From positions 1-51,074 of IMG/VR virus record IMGVR_UViG_3300039239_000007: a DNA stretch of 51,074 nucleotides; one strand, 5' to 3'. The position numbers were made by a program, and so were the translations under genes. Positions 25,374-32,790 of the stretch are shown in pieces. Under the pieces are notes generated by a model that was given only the letters and a program-made list of their open reading frames with translations, was not told the origin of the DNA and did not search any database. This stretch comes from a virus. Within the stretch, counting starts at the first letter, position 1. The number at the start of each line of letters is the position of its first letter.

Positions 25374-25631
25374 TTACTCTGACAAAGCCGGTGGGTTGGT
25401 GGGATTGCGGAGGTCTTGACCAAATCCGGGGCCAATGAAGTCTATGGCCCTCTGCGTATCTCCGCTAAGCATGATCCGCTCGCCTTTCATGGCGCGCTTG
25501 TGGAGATACTGGTATGTCCTGAGCGCTTGCCGAACGACGGCTGTTTTCGACATCTGATGCTCAAGGCAAAGTTGCTCAAGCGCCTGCATCTCTACTGGCG
25601 AAAGGTTAAGCGTCATGGTTCCGGCGCTCAT
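25374..25631 (-). CDS. Ribbon-helix-helix (CopG/Arc-like) DNA-binding protein
   Basis: Internal Met of ORF 25374..25835. MSAGTMTLNLSPVEMQALEQLCLEHQMSKTAVVRQALRTY fits a beta-strand/helix/helix pattern. The start lies 1 nt after the upstream stop. Confidence 0.6.
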   Translation of the reverse strand: MSAGTMTLNLSPVEMQALEQLCLEHQMSKTAVVRQALRTYQYLHKRAMKGERIMLSGDTQRAIDFIGPGFGQDLRNPTNPPALSE

Positions 25632-25632
25632 C

Positions 25633-25971
25633 TTATTCTTCCTGCTCTGAGGCTGACGGTGTGGGCCGATAAGCGGAGGGAGCTTCTGGTAAATGCATCC
25701 AGTGGGTCGGATTAAGACGATCAGAATCGTCACGATCCCGCCAACCTCCGAAGCTCCAACACCCAACGAGGACATCTCCGAACCAGCCTGTGGATGATAG
25801 TAAGATATCGGTGCCATCTCTTGGTGCGGTTTCAATAGGCTGCCACTGCGTCAAGCTAGCGGTTCTGTCGGAAGACGGATCGATTTGTCGGTTTTCAATC
25901 GCTCGCTCAAGAACGCGATCTACTTCGTCCAACAGACCATTTTGCGTTCCATGCTTTTGCATATCGCTCAT
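25633..25971 (-). CDS. DUF551-domain protein (paralogue 2)
   Basis: QWQPIETAPRDGTDILL...NPTHWMHLPEAP. Confidence 0.7.
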   Translation of the reverse strand: MSDMQKHGTQNGLLDEVDRVLERAIENRQIDPSSDRTASLTQWQPIETAPRDGTDILLSSTGWFGDVLVGCWSFGGWRDRDDSDRLNPTHWMHLPEAPSAYRPTPSASEQEE

Positions 25972-25994
25972 CTTCTTCTCCCGCTGTGCTGTGG

Positions 25995-26732
25995 TTACTT
26001 GGTGGGGGTGGCGGAGGAGGCCTCAAGTGCGAGACGCAACATTTCGGCGCATTCTTTGAACGCTTTGTTGCGTGCGCTCCACGTCGGGCCGAAGCCGTTT
26101 CCTTCATCGACAGCATCTTTTTGCTTGCTTTTCAGGATGGCTAGAACGCGCTCCATGCCTCGCTTTTCGTTCTCGCTCTGAGGCGTCAGAGCGGCCCATG
26201 CGGTTCGAAACTGTCGGTAGAAGTGGTCGCGCTGCTTAGTAACTTCCTTCAAGGTGTCTCGAAGGTATGTCACCTCGTCTCCCTCATAGAATTCTTCCAC
26301 GCTTCCAGTTGGACCAAATGGTTCTTTATGACGCGTATTGATCAGAAGCGGATCGGAACCGTGGCGGGCTATATGCCGTTCCTTGGCGATGTCGTCGTAG
26401 ACAACGTAGCCAATGCCCTCATGCCAATCGCAAATGGGGTTTCCGTCACCGCCGAGTTCTCGCCACTCATCAATGCTGACCTGCCGGAAAGCCCCGCCGT
26501 TGATGTGCTGTGCAGTGTAGCCCAAATCAGGAAGGAAGCGCTGAAACCGACTTACAAGTTCACGGATGAAGGTTTCCGAACGCTGGCAGCAAACCTCGCT
26601 GTCACTGTCAAAATCCATGCTGCCGAAGGCTGATAGTTCTTTGTCACAAAATTCCAGAGATTCCTTCACCAACTCGGCGTCAGAAATCCCACTTGCGTAT
26701 TCTGGGTGTTTAAGGACCATTTCCCTATCCAT
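25995..26732 (-). CDS. Hypothetical protein
   Basis: Chosen start is MDREMVLKHPEY..., Met60 of ORF 25995..26909. The upstream part of that ORF is S/T/A-rich and overlaps the neighbouring gene. Confidence 0.5.
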   Translation of the reverse strand: MDREMVLKHPEYASGISDAELVKESLEFCDKELSAFGSMDFDSDSEVCCQRSETFIRELVSRFQRFLPDLGYTAQHINGGAFRQVSIDEWRELGGDGNPICDWHEGIGYVVYDDIAKERHIARHGSDPLLINTRHKEPFGPTGSVEEFYEGDEVTYLRDTLKEVTKQRDHFYRQFRTAWAALTPQSENEKRGMERVLAILKSKQKDAVDEGNGFGPTWSARNKAFKECAEMLRLALEASSATPTK

Positions 26733-26757
26733 TGTCTGAAGCCCTATGCGGGGCGGC

Positions 26758-26949
26758 TCAAAATGGCCGATCGTCAAAATACGGGTCGAAATCATCGTCA
26801 TAGCTGGCATCAATCCAGCCTTCGCCGCCGCACTCGAAACACGGCTCCTCGTCGTGACCGCAGATGCAGTCACCGGGCCAGAAGTCGCAGCGGAAGTATC
26901 CAAGTCCACTGCAAGCTGGGCATGGTTTGATTTCTGGATCAGCGCTCAT
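26758..26949 (-). CDS. Mini-protein with two DnaJ-type CxxCxGxG zinc-finger motifs
   Basis: MSADPEIKPCPACSGLGYFRC...CFECGGEGWID plus an acidic tail. Internal Met of ORF 26758..27129. Confidence 0.6.
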   Translation of the reverse strand: MSADPEIKPCPACSGLGYFRCDFWPGDCICGHDEEPCFECGGEGWIDASYDDDFDPYFDDRPF

Positions 26950-26953
26950 CGCC

Positions 26954-27232
26954 TTACTCCGCGGCTTCCAGACGACCGATGACGGCGCCGTGGACGATGG
27001 GGTTGCGATCAAACCGGGGAAGAACAATCTCGCCGGGACGGGCATGGCGCTTGAACTCAAACACCTCGCCGCCGTAGCGCTGGGCGTCTGCGTCAGCCTC
27101 ATCAACATCGTCGTACTCAAAGGCGTCATCGCCGTTCGATGTCCACTCCATCCCGTCGCCGTACTGGCAAAGGTAGATGGACCTGCCGCTGCGGGTATGC
27201 ATTTCGACGTTGAAGCGCGTTACCTGTGGCAT
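26954..27232 (-). CDS. Hypothetical acidic protein
   Basis: MPQVTRFNVEMH... with GAGGA upstream. Internal Met of ORF 26954..27370. Confidence 0.5.
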   Translation of the reverse strand: MPQVTRFNVEMHTRSGRSIYLCQYGDGMEWTSNGDDAFEYDDVDEADADAQRYGGEVFEFKRHARPGEIVLPRFDRNPIVHGAVIGRLEAAE

Positions 27233-27288
27233 TTGCTCATCCTCAGTGGTTGAGATCGAATTGGAGATCCGCCCGGAGACGGATGCGG

Positions 27289-27804
27289 TCAGTTGTCGAA
27301 CCAGAAAATCAATCGAGCTTTGTCGCCGTTGCCATCGATGGCTTTCATCGAAGCGAGTATCGCGACCCACTCAGCCGGGGCCTTTCCATCGAAAAGCTCT
27401 TTGTACCTCTCGACGCACTGCTCAAGCTCATTGGAGCTAAGCCAACTGTGGCTGTGGTGATCCGGGTTTGTTACGCGCTCCAGAACGTCGTCTTTGAATT
27501 CCGGCGTGGAGTAACCATCAGCAACCCAGCGCTCCGCCGAGCCTTTTGATGTCCAGCCATCGCTGTCTGCCCACTCTGGATGATTCTCAGGGACGATCCT
27601 CAGCCAATGGTCTTTTTCGACGGCGAAGCTAACCGGGCCTTCCGGCATTCCCTTCGCTTCGAAAAGCTTGATGCCGTCGTAGTCGCGAACACCTGCCATT
27701 ATGGCAAACATGCGGTAATTGCGGTTGCCGCCGTTTTCTACGAGATCGAACCAGTGCGTTCCGTTTGTTGAGTATTCGACGTAGGCGTGGATATCGCATC
27801 CCAT
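27289..27804 (-). CDS. Hypothetical protein, first gene of the leftward early operon
   Basis: 171 aa starting MGCDIHAYVEY. Preceded on its own strand by an ORF-free region that contains an operator-like palindrome. Confidence 0.65.
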   Translation of the reverse strand: MGCDIHAYVEYSTNGTHWFDLVENGGNRNYRMFAIMAGVRDYDGIKLFEAKGMPEGPVSFAVEKDHWLRIVPENHPEWADSDGWTSKGSAERWVADGYSTPEFKDDVLERVTNPDHHSHSWLSSNELEQCVERYKELFDGKAPAEWVAILASMKAIDGNGDKARLIFWFDN

Positions 27805-27878
27805 GCTGGCTCATCTCCGGTTCTTGTGGTGGCAGCGAGATCGGCGGGTGTGCTTCTTCGTCGCTGCTGATGACTTCT

Positions 27879-27897
27879 TGTACAGTTAAACTATACA
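27879..27897. promoter_or_regulatory. Operator-like near-palindrome TGTACAGTT-A-AACTATACA (candidate OL) overlapping a candidate leftward promoter
   Basis: 8 of 9 positions are symmetric. On the minus strand it overlaps TATAGT, which is preceded at 17 nt by TTCTCA. It lies about 75-95 nt upstream of the ATG at 27804. A 15-nt block recurs at 29236..29250. Confidence 0.55.
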
Positions 27898-28156
27898 TAG
27901 CGCAAGTGGGGCTGAGAAAAAAGTTTAGGCGGACTAGACAGTATAGGCGAGCACAGGATATCTCTGTCGCCAGATGACGGGCGACCGGGTGCAATTCCCG
28001 AGCTGGTGAAGCCCGAAGCGCGGGGAGCGTAAGTCCTACTGTGCTGCCAGAAAATGAGGACGGATTAGCCGAGAGGCGTCCTGCAAATCGACCGACCGAC
28101 CTGACGGTTCAAGTCGAGCAAACGCTCTCCCTGCCTTTTGGGATCGATTCGGTCCT

Positions 28157-28193
28157 GAGGGGTAGGGGGAGCTTTGCTGTCTCCCTCCCTCTC
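28157..28193 (-). terminator. Long GC hairpin downstream of the immunity operon (no clear U-tract)
   Basis: GAGGGG-ta-GGGGGAG / ctttgctgt / CTCCCTC-CCTCTC forms a 13-bp stem including G-U pairs. It lies 32 nt beyond the stop of the gene 28225..28452. Confidence 0.4.
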
Positions 28194-28224
28194 ATCAAGT
28201 TCAATATCGAAGAAAACCAGATAT

Positions 28225-28452
28225 CTAATGTTTCTCTGGTGAATGGAATCTGTCGAGAATGTCTCCGACAAGAGCAGCTATCTCGTGATTGTTACGCTTA
28301 TGCATCGCGTTGATGCTAGTTTCCATGACGTGAACGAAATCTTCGCGTTTCAAGGCGCCTGACATCTCAAGAGATTTCACGAGCGCCATCAGCGAGACGA
28401 CGTGAGCCATATGCACATGGGCAACTAATTCACTCACTTCCTCGCGCTTCAT
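28225..28452 (-). CDS. Hypothetical helical protein co-transcribed with the repressor
   Basis: 75 aa. The AGGAG overlaps the repressor stop codon and lies 6 nt before the ATG. Confidence 0.6.
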   Translation of the reverse strand: MKREEVSELVAHVHMAHVVSLMALVKSLEMSGALKREDFVHVMETSINAMHKRNNHEIAALVGDILDRFHSPEKH

Positions 28453-28461
28453 AGCGAACTC

Positions 28462-29250
28462 CTATCGGAATGGATCCCGGTCTCGTGGCACCAAGCTACG
28501 CCGAGGGATGGGCGACCACTTCGCTATAACGATGTCCGTCACCTTGATCTCGGTATCGTCGTCACCGTCGAGTTCTATATCGTCCTGCCAGTTTTCGTTG
28601 TCGCTCAATGGGCGCAATACCCAGCGGCCGTCTTTCCAGATCATCTGCTTCGCTGTGTATTCAGCCAGCCCGTGCTGCATCCGCTGGACGATAACCAAAT
28701 CACCGTGTTCAGGCTGCATGCCGCCGGCGTGCAATTCGACGCAGTGCAGATACTCGCCATTGTCAGCAATCCGGTTGATGCTGTCTCCCGCGACTCGGTA
28801 GAGACGTTGGCCGTATCCGGGATATTCCGGGGAAGCTGCGACGGGTTCATATTTGCGTTCATAGCGGAATGACCCTTCGCGCCAGACGCCTGCAGAAACC
28901 TCACCGACGACCGGAAGGCCGGCAAGCGGCCTTGATTCCTGCGGCCCCAGATCAGCAAAAGCTTCATCCCCGCCGCGCTCCAGCCAGAAGATACTGACCT
29001 TTGTCGCCTTGGCGATTGCCTCAAGCGTCGATCTCCTTGGAACAACATCGCCTTTTTCCCACTGGGCAACGGCTCCGCGCGTCTTCCCGACGGCGTCGGC
29101 AAGCTGTTGCTGGGTCATCTTCGCTTTGTCGCGAGCGGTGAAAATTCGCTGATTCAGTTCCATGGCGGCAACATATTCCGTCCCGCTATACAAATCTTCG
29201 ATAGTCTCACTATCAGGGGTGCTTGACGGAATGTTAGTTAAACTGTACAT
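28462..29250 (-). CDS. CI-like repressor (XRE HTH + S24/LexA-type peptidase domain)
   Basis: HTH: MTQQQLADAVGKTRGAVAQWEKG. Linker: PLAGLPVVGEVSAG. S24 motifs: AGDSINRI ... AKQM. The longest ORF starts at 29250, inside the operator block. An alternative start MELNQRIF lies at 29163. Confidence 0.9.
   Translation of the reverse strand: MYSLTNIPSSTPDSETIEDLYSGTEYVAAMELNQRIFTARDKAKMTQQQLADAVGKTRGAVAQWEKGDVVPRRSTLEAIAKATKVSIFWLERGGDEAFADLGPQESRPLAGLPVVGEVSAGVWREGSFRYERKYEPVAASPEYPGYGQRLYRVAGDSINRIADNGEYLHCVELHAGGMQPEHGDLVIVQRMQHGLAEYTAKQMIWKDGRWVLRPLSDNENWQDDIELDGDDDTEIKVTDIVIAKWSPIPRRSLVPRDRDPFR
29200..29250. promoter_or_regulatory. Divergent CI/Cro control region: palindrome GATAGT-ctc-ACTATC (29200..29214), CTTGAC -35-like box (29222..29227), operator block AGTTAAACTGTACAT (29236..29250)
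   Basis: The block at 29236..29250 is 14/15 identical to 27884..27898. All three sites share an AGT-N3-ACT core. They lie between the repressor gene and the Cro-like gene. Confidence 0.5.
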
Positions 29251-29283
29251 GTTGCATATTCTCGCTAAACAGGGAGTGCGGAA

Positions 29284-29487
29284 GTGCAGAAGCTGACTGG
29301 AATGGATGCAGTACGAGACAGGATGCCGCTGGCACGCCTGGCGCGCGAACTTGGCATCACCCGCGGCGCTGTAGCGCAGTGGGACAAGGTTCCTGCCGAG
29401 CGCCTCGGTGCTGTTAACCGAGTGACGGGCATTCCGCAGGATGTCCTTCGCCCCGATCTGTTCGCGAGTGCGGAGGCAGCTGAGTGA
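29284..29487 (+). CDS. Cro/YdaS-like HTH regulator (GTG start)
   Basis: 67 aa, LARLARELGITRGAVAQWDKVPAERL. AGGGAG lies 7 nt upstream. Divergent from the repressor. Confidence 0.75.
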   Translation: MQKLTGMDAVRDRMPLARLARELGITRGAVAQWDKVPAERLGAVNRVTGIPQDVLRPDLFASAEAAE

Positions 29488-30440
29488 TGCTCAAAGTAAT
29501 CGAAAACGAACAGATGTCGTTCAATTACGACGCAGTGCCGGCTCCGGTAGCAATTCAAGCGCGTGAAGCAGCCGAGCGTATTAAGCTCCGGCTTCGCCGT
29601 TCCGCAGAAGACATCATCGAGATTGGTCGTGATCTCAACGCGGTAAAGGCGTCGATTGGCCACGGAAAATTTCTGCCATGGATCGAAGCCGAATTTGGAA
29701 TGGGGCGAACAACCGCTTGGAAGTTCATGGCGGTGGCAGATGCATATGGAGCAAAAGTTCACCAAGTGAACAAGTTGGACCCGTCTGCCCTCTATGAACT
29801 CGCAGCGCCAAAAACACCGATCGAAGTCCGCGAAGAAATCGAGAAGATGATTGAGGCCGGTGAGGTTGTCACCAAAGCTACCGTCGCAAAACTCACCGCT
29901 GAGATCGAGTCCGCAAAAAAAGGCCGCGACCTTGCAGACCATGATGCGACTGTCGCGGAGGAAAAGGCAGAGGCGCTTAAGACAGGTCTCGACACTCTCA
30001 ACAAGTCGATTGACGAGAGAGTTTCTGCTGAGGTCGCCAAGGCGTCTGAAAACATCCGTTCCGGTTATGAAGATGAGATCGAGAGGCTCAAGGCCCAGAT
30101 TGAAGACCTTCGGAAGCCGAAGAATATCACCACTATTGATAACGAGACCGGCAACATCATCCAGTTCCATCGCGAGCTGTCCGAAGATGAAGCGGTAGAA
30201 ATAGACGCCTCCGGCGATGAAATGATTGGTGCCGACTTCAATGAGGTCGCTACCGATACCGAGCGGGCTGTTGCCTTCTTTGGTTCTGTTCGCGCCATGG
30301 CAAGCGCGAAAGCCGACCCCTCTGCCGTCTACGCTTACATCGTGAAGCGATCCTCCAAAACTCTCATCGCTGAATACATGGGCATGGTCGATGCCGTGAT
30401 GTCTCAGCTCAAATCTGTGAAGGACATGCACAATGGCTAA
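29484..30440 (+). CDS. DUF3102-domain protein
   Basis: The pattern IIEIGRDLNAVKASIGHGKFLPWIEAEFGMGRTTAWKFMAVA is followed by a long coiled-coil region. Confidence 0.65.
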   Translation: MMLKVIENEQMSFNYDAVPAPVAIQAREAAERIKLRLRRSAEDIIEIGRDLNAVKASIGHGKFLPWIEAEFGMGRTTAWKFMAVADAYGAKVHQVNKLDPSALYELAAPKTPIEVREEIEKMIEAGEVVTKATVAKLTAEIESAKKGRDLADHDATVAEEKAEALKTGLDTLNKSIDERVSAEVAKASENIRSGYEDEIERLKAQIEDLRKPKNITTIDNETGNIIQFHRELSEDEAVEIDASGDEMIGADFNEVATDTERAVAFFGSVRAMASAKADPSAVYAYIVKRSSKTLIAEYMGMVDAVMSQLKSVKDMHNG

Positions 30441-31008
30441 TCGCATAGTGAGTGAGAAAGAGTTCCGTTCTGCTTTCCGGTCTGAGGCAATCGGCATGGC
30501 CGATTTCTCGCAGAAGAAGAACAAGCACGTTTTGGGCATCGGCCCGAGACAGGTGAGCGTCAGCGTTGGCGCCCAGATCGTCAAGGCTTTGATCGACCGA
30601 TTTGCTGCTGACGGACGCACGCTCGACAAGGACATGGTCCACGTCATGAACCCGAAGGGAGCGAGAGCGTACAGCTCGCTGCAATTCAACCAGATCGGCA
30701 AAATGAAACTGGTCCATGGGGCGAATGCCATCGAGACAGTTTGGAAGTCTCTCGGGGATCTCATTCCTGTTGCGCGCAAGGGCGTCACCAATGTCTACGT
30801 CTCCAAAAACGGCGCAACGGACATGGAGCTCGCCGCAATGCGCGATCTGCGCACCGGAAAGCTCAATGCCCGCGTTCTTGCGAATGAACAGCTTGTAGAA
30901 GCGATCGATGAAGCTCGATCAGTACTCGACGGCCGCAACCTGGGAGAAATGTACGCTGCTTCTTGCACGGAGTATTTCCACACCCTGCCGCTAGAAGCTG
31001 CTGAGTAA
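30433..31008 (+). CDS. Hypothetical protein
   Basis: 191 aa with an 8-nt overlap with the upstream gene. Confidence 0.6.
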   Translation: MANRIVSEKEFRSAFRSEAIGMADFSQKKNKHVLGIGPRQVSVSVGAQIVKALIDRFAADGRTLDKDMVHVMNPKGARAYSSLQFNQIGKMKLVHGANAIETVWKSLGDLIPVARKGVTNVYVSKNGATDMELAAMRDLRTGKLNARVLANEQLVEAIDEARSVLDGRNLGEMYAASCTEYFHTLPLEAAE

Positions 31009-31013
31009 GCGAT

Positions 31014-31235
31014 ATGATGGCCGTTCTCCCCATCAATCATGTTCCTCTCACCAGAGCAAAAGGCGCGTTCAAGCCTTGCCTTTGGTGTGGTGGGGAGACG
31101 GCGACCTTTGAAGAAGCGCCAGAAATCAAGCCAGCCAATCATGCCGCTCGCGTTAAGTGCGAAGGCTGCGGTCGCCAGATCGCTTGGGCTTCGGCTCGGC
31201 AGGTGCGCAAGGCTGAAAGGCTCGTAGCAGCATGA
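31014..31235 (+). CDS. Zinc-ribbon protein
   Basis: 73 aa with CLWC ... CEGC pairs. Confidence 0.55.
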   Translation: MMAVLPINHVPLTRAKGAFKPCLWCGGETATFEEAPEIKPANHAARVKCEGCGRQIAWASARQVRKAERLVAA

Positions 31236-31552
31236 TGGACACATTACTCCAATCCCCCAACCGATTCATCCCCGACCGCAGCGCGATCAACGCAATGCAG
31301 GAAGACTGGATTGCCAAGAACGGCGAGCCTCGGAAATTCGAGCGCGGATTCTCCAGCGACTGGGGATTTCTTCAAAACCTCATGGCTCGATACGGCTTCA
31401 AGCTGACCTATCACGGTCGATGCCTCTACTCGATGCACAAGGAAGACTTCCGGGGCGTGCCGAAGCGCATCAGCCGGGAAGAACTCATCAGGCATGTTGA
31501 CGCCGTGCTGATCGAGAATGGCAAGCAGCCTTTCGGATGGAGGAAACCATGA
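31232..31552 (+). CDS. Hypothetical protein
   Basis: 106 aa with an ATGA overlap. Confidence 0.6.
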   Translation: MMDTLLQSPNRFIPDRSAINAMQEDWIAKNGEPRKFERGFSSDWGFLQNLMARYGFKLTYHGRCLYSMHKEDFRGVPKRISREELIRHVDAVLIENGKQPFGWRKP

Positions 31553-31716
31553 CCTCCGCCCGCCTCGAAGCGGCCATACAATCGCACCGCGCTGAATATC
31601 GCCCAGCAATCCGCTGTGACGAGTGCGATCACGTCCTGTCGATTGCCGAGCAGATCGAACACTTCTGCGACCGCTGCAAGAAGCGGCCGGTCGAAATTCG
31701 TGAGGGGAAGCAATGA
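31549..31716 (+). CDS. Small zinc-ribbon protein (55 aa)
   Basis: MTSARLEAAIQSHRAEYRPAIRCDECDHVLSIAEQIEHFCDRCKKRPVEIREGKQ. ATGA overlaps at both ends. Not in the ORF track. Confidence 0.5.
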   Translation: MTSARLEAAIQSHRAEYRPAIRCDECDHVLSIAEQIEHFCDRCKKRPVEIREGKQ

Positions 31717-31949
31717 CTATGATTTTCGACAGGTTTGCCACGATCATTTCTGACTGCTTGGGAGTGCCGCTTGACAGCATAACCATGGCGTCAAACCTCG
31801 AAGCGGATTTGGATGCGGACAGCTTGGACAGCATCGAAATCCTTATGGCTGTTGAGGATGAGTTTTCCATCCAGCTTGAGGATGAAGAAGCTGAGAAAGT
31901 TGAAACCGTTGCGGACGCCGTTCTCCTCATTGAGAGGGCGCTGGCATGA
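31713..31949 (+). CDS. Acyl carrier protein (PP-binding)
   Basis: 78 aa. LEADLDADSLDSIEILMAVEDEFSIQLEDEEAEKVETVADAVLLIE carries the DSL serine attachment motif and the canonical ACP helix pattern. Confidence 0.85.
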   Translation: MTMIFDRFATIISDCLGVPLDSITMASNLEADLDADSLDSIEILMAVEDEFSIQLEDEEAEKVETVADAVLLIERALA

Positions 31950-32062
31950 TCGCCTCCATGCACGCTGATCAGCAACAGTTCCTCGTCTATGTGGCATGGT
32001 TCTTCTCGGCATTCATCGTGTCGGCGGTGCTGGCGCACCTGGCTTTCTCGGGGCGGAAGTGA
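31946..32062 (+). CDS. Hydrophobic mini-peptide (38 aa)
   Basis: MIASMHADQQQFLVYVAWFFSAFIVSAVLAHLAFSGRK. ATGA overlap with the ACP stop; its TGA shares an A with the next ATG. Confidence 0.4.
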   Translation: MIASMHADQQQFLVYVAWFFSAFIVSAVLAHLAFSGRK

Positions 32063-32355
32063 TGGCAGCTCTCAAGCAATATCCACTCCCGGCACTGGTC
32101 ACTCATACGACGGACACCCGCGCCGGCTCTGTCTTCAAAGCCTTATGCGCGGTTTATCCGGGTCAAATTTCTGCAGAGCATCTTATGGCAAGAGCGGGTC
32201 TGTCTTGGCGGGCCGAACCGATCTGGTCTTTCGTGTCGCTCTGCAACGACTTCATCAAAATCAACGAGGCAATCGAACCTTTCGGCTGGCGGGCTGAACG
32301 GTCGGGCGGAACGCCTCGTGACAACTACTGGCTTTCGCCAATCGCGGGTCAGTGA
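32062..32355 (+). CDS. Winged-helix (OmpR/PhoB C-terminal-like) protein
   Basis: Internal Met MAALKQYPLP... of ORF 31996..32355. The ending ...NEAIEPFGWRAERSGGTPRDNYWLSPI parallels that of ORF 33533..33892. Confidence 0.5.
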   Translation: MAALKQYPLPALVTHTTDTRAGSVFKALCAVYPGQISAEHLMARAGLSWRAEPIWSFVSLCNDFIKINEAIEPFGWRAERSGGTPRDNYWLSPIAGQ

Positions 32356-32415
32356 ACCTTTCGTTTCAATCATCACCCTGTCGACACCGGATTAATCGCA
32401 CAGGGAAAATCGAAA

Positions 32416-32790
32416 ATGTCCGAAAATCAGTTGGGAAAATCCGAAATGTCTAGCGTCGATTTTGCGTCAACAGCTTTGCAACGATACGTCGCGCCGAAGG
32501 GCAGCGGCCACAATGTCAAGGACAGGATCACTCGCGCGGCAAGGCGTCTCGGATGGTCTGTCTCTCGCACAAAGGATGTTTGGTACGCGGACCCGCGCGT
32601 GTCGATCTCTGCCGAAGAACTGCGGGTCATCGAGGAGGCAGCAGGTGTCAAATACGGCCGAGCAGAAGCCAGAACTATCGAAGAGCTCATTTCCAAAGCG
32701 GACGCCCTCTTGGCTGGACCTGAGGCGGATTTCTATCGCCCGCTGGTCGATGGCTTCCGCGCATTCATTCGCGCGCTGGATCGCTCCTGA
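32416..32790 (+). CDS. Hypothetical protein
   Basis: 124 aa. A second in-frame ATG at 32446 is preceded by a near copy of the same leader. Confidence 0.6.
   Translation: MSENQLGKSEMSSVDFASTALQRYVAPKGSGHNVKDRITRAARRLGWSVSRTKDVWYADPRVSISAEELRVIEEAAGVKYGRAEARTIEELISKADALLAGPEADFYRPLVDGFRAFIRALDRS

Noticed and set aside
28041-28313. 90-aa plus-strand ORF (GTG start) and 68-aa minus-strand ORF (28065..28271) in the region downstream of the immunity genes
   Set aside because: Both overlap the better-supported 75-aa gene and the hairpin, lack ribosome-binding sites, and have low-complexity translations.
29265-30791. 508-aa minus-strand ORF, the longest unassigned ORF in the window
   Set aside because: It lies entirely antisense to the Cro-like, DUF3102 and following genes, which have clear motifs and coupled starts. 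Its translation is R/S/C/L-rich and low-complexity, with no ribosome-binding site. It is a typical shadow ORF of GC-rich coding DNA.
32404-32449. Direct repeat GGGAAAATCGAAAATGTC / GGGAAAATCCGAAATGTC, considered as iterons or an origin
   Set aside because: There are only two copies, 30 nt apart. Each ends in an in-frame ATG of ORF 32416..32790, so this looks like a duplicated leader and start. No AT-rich unwinding element or further copies lie nearby.
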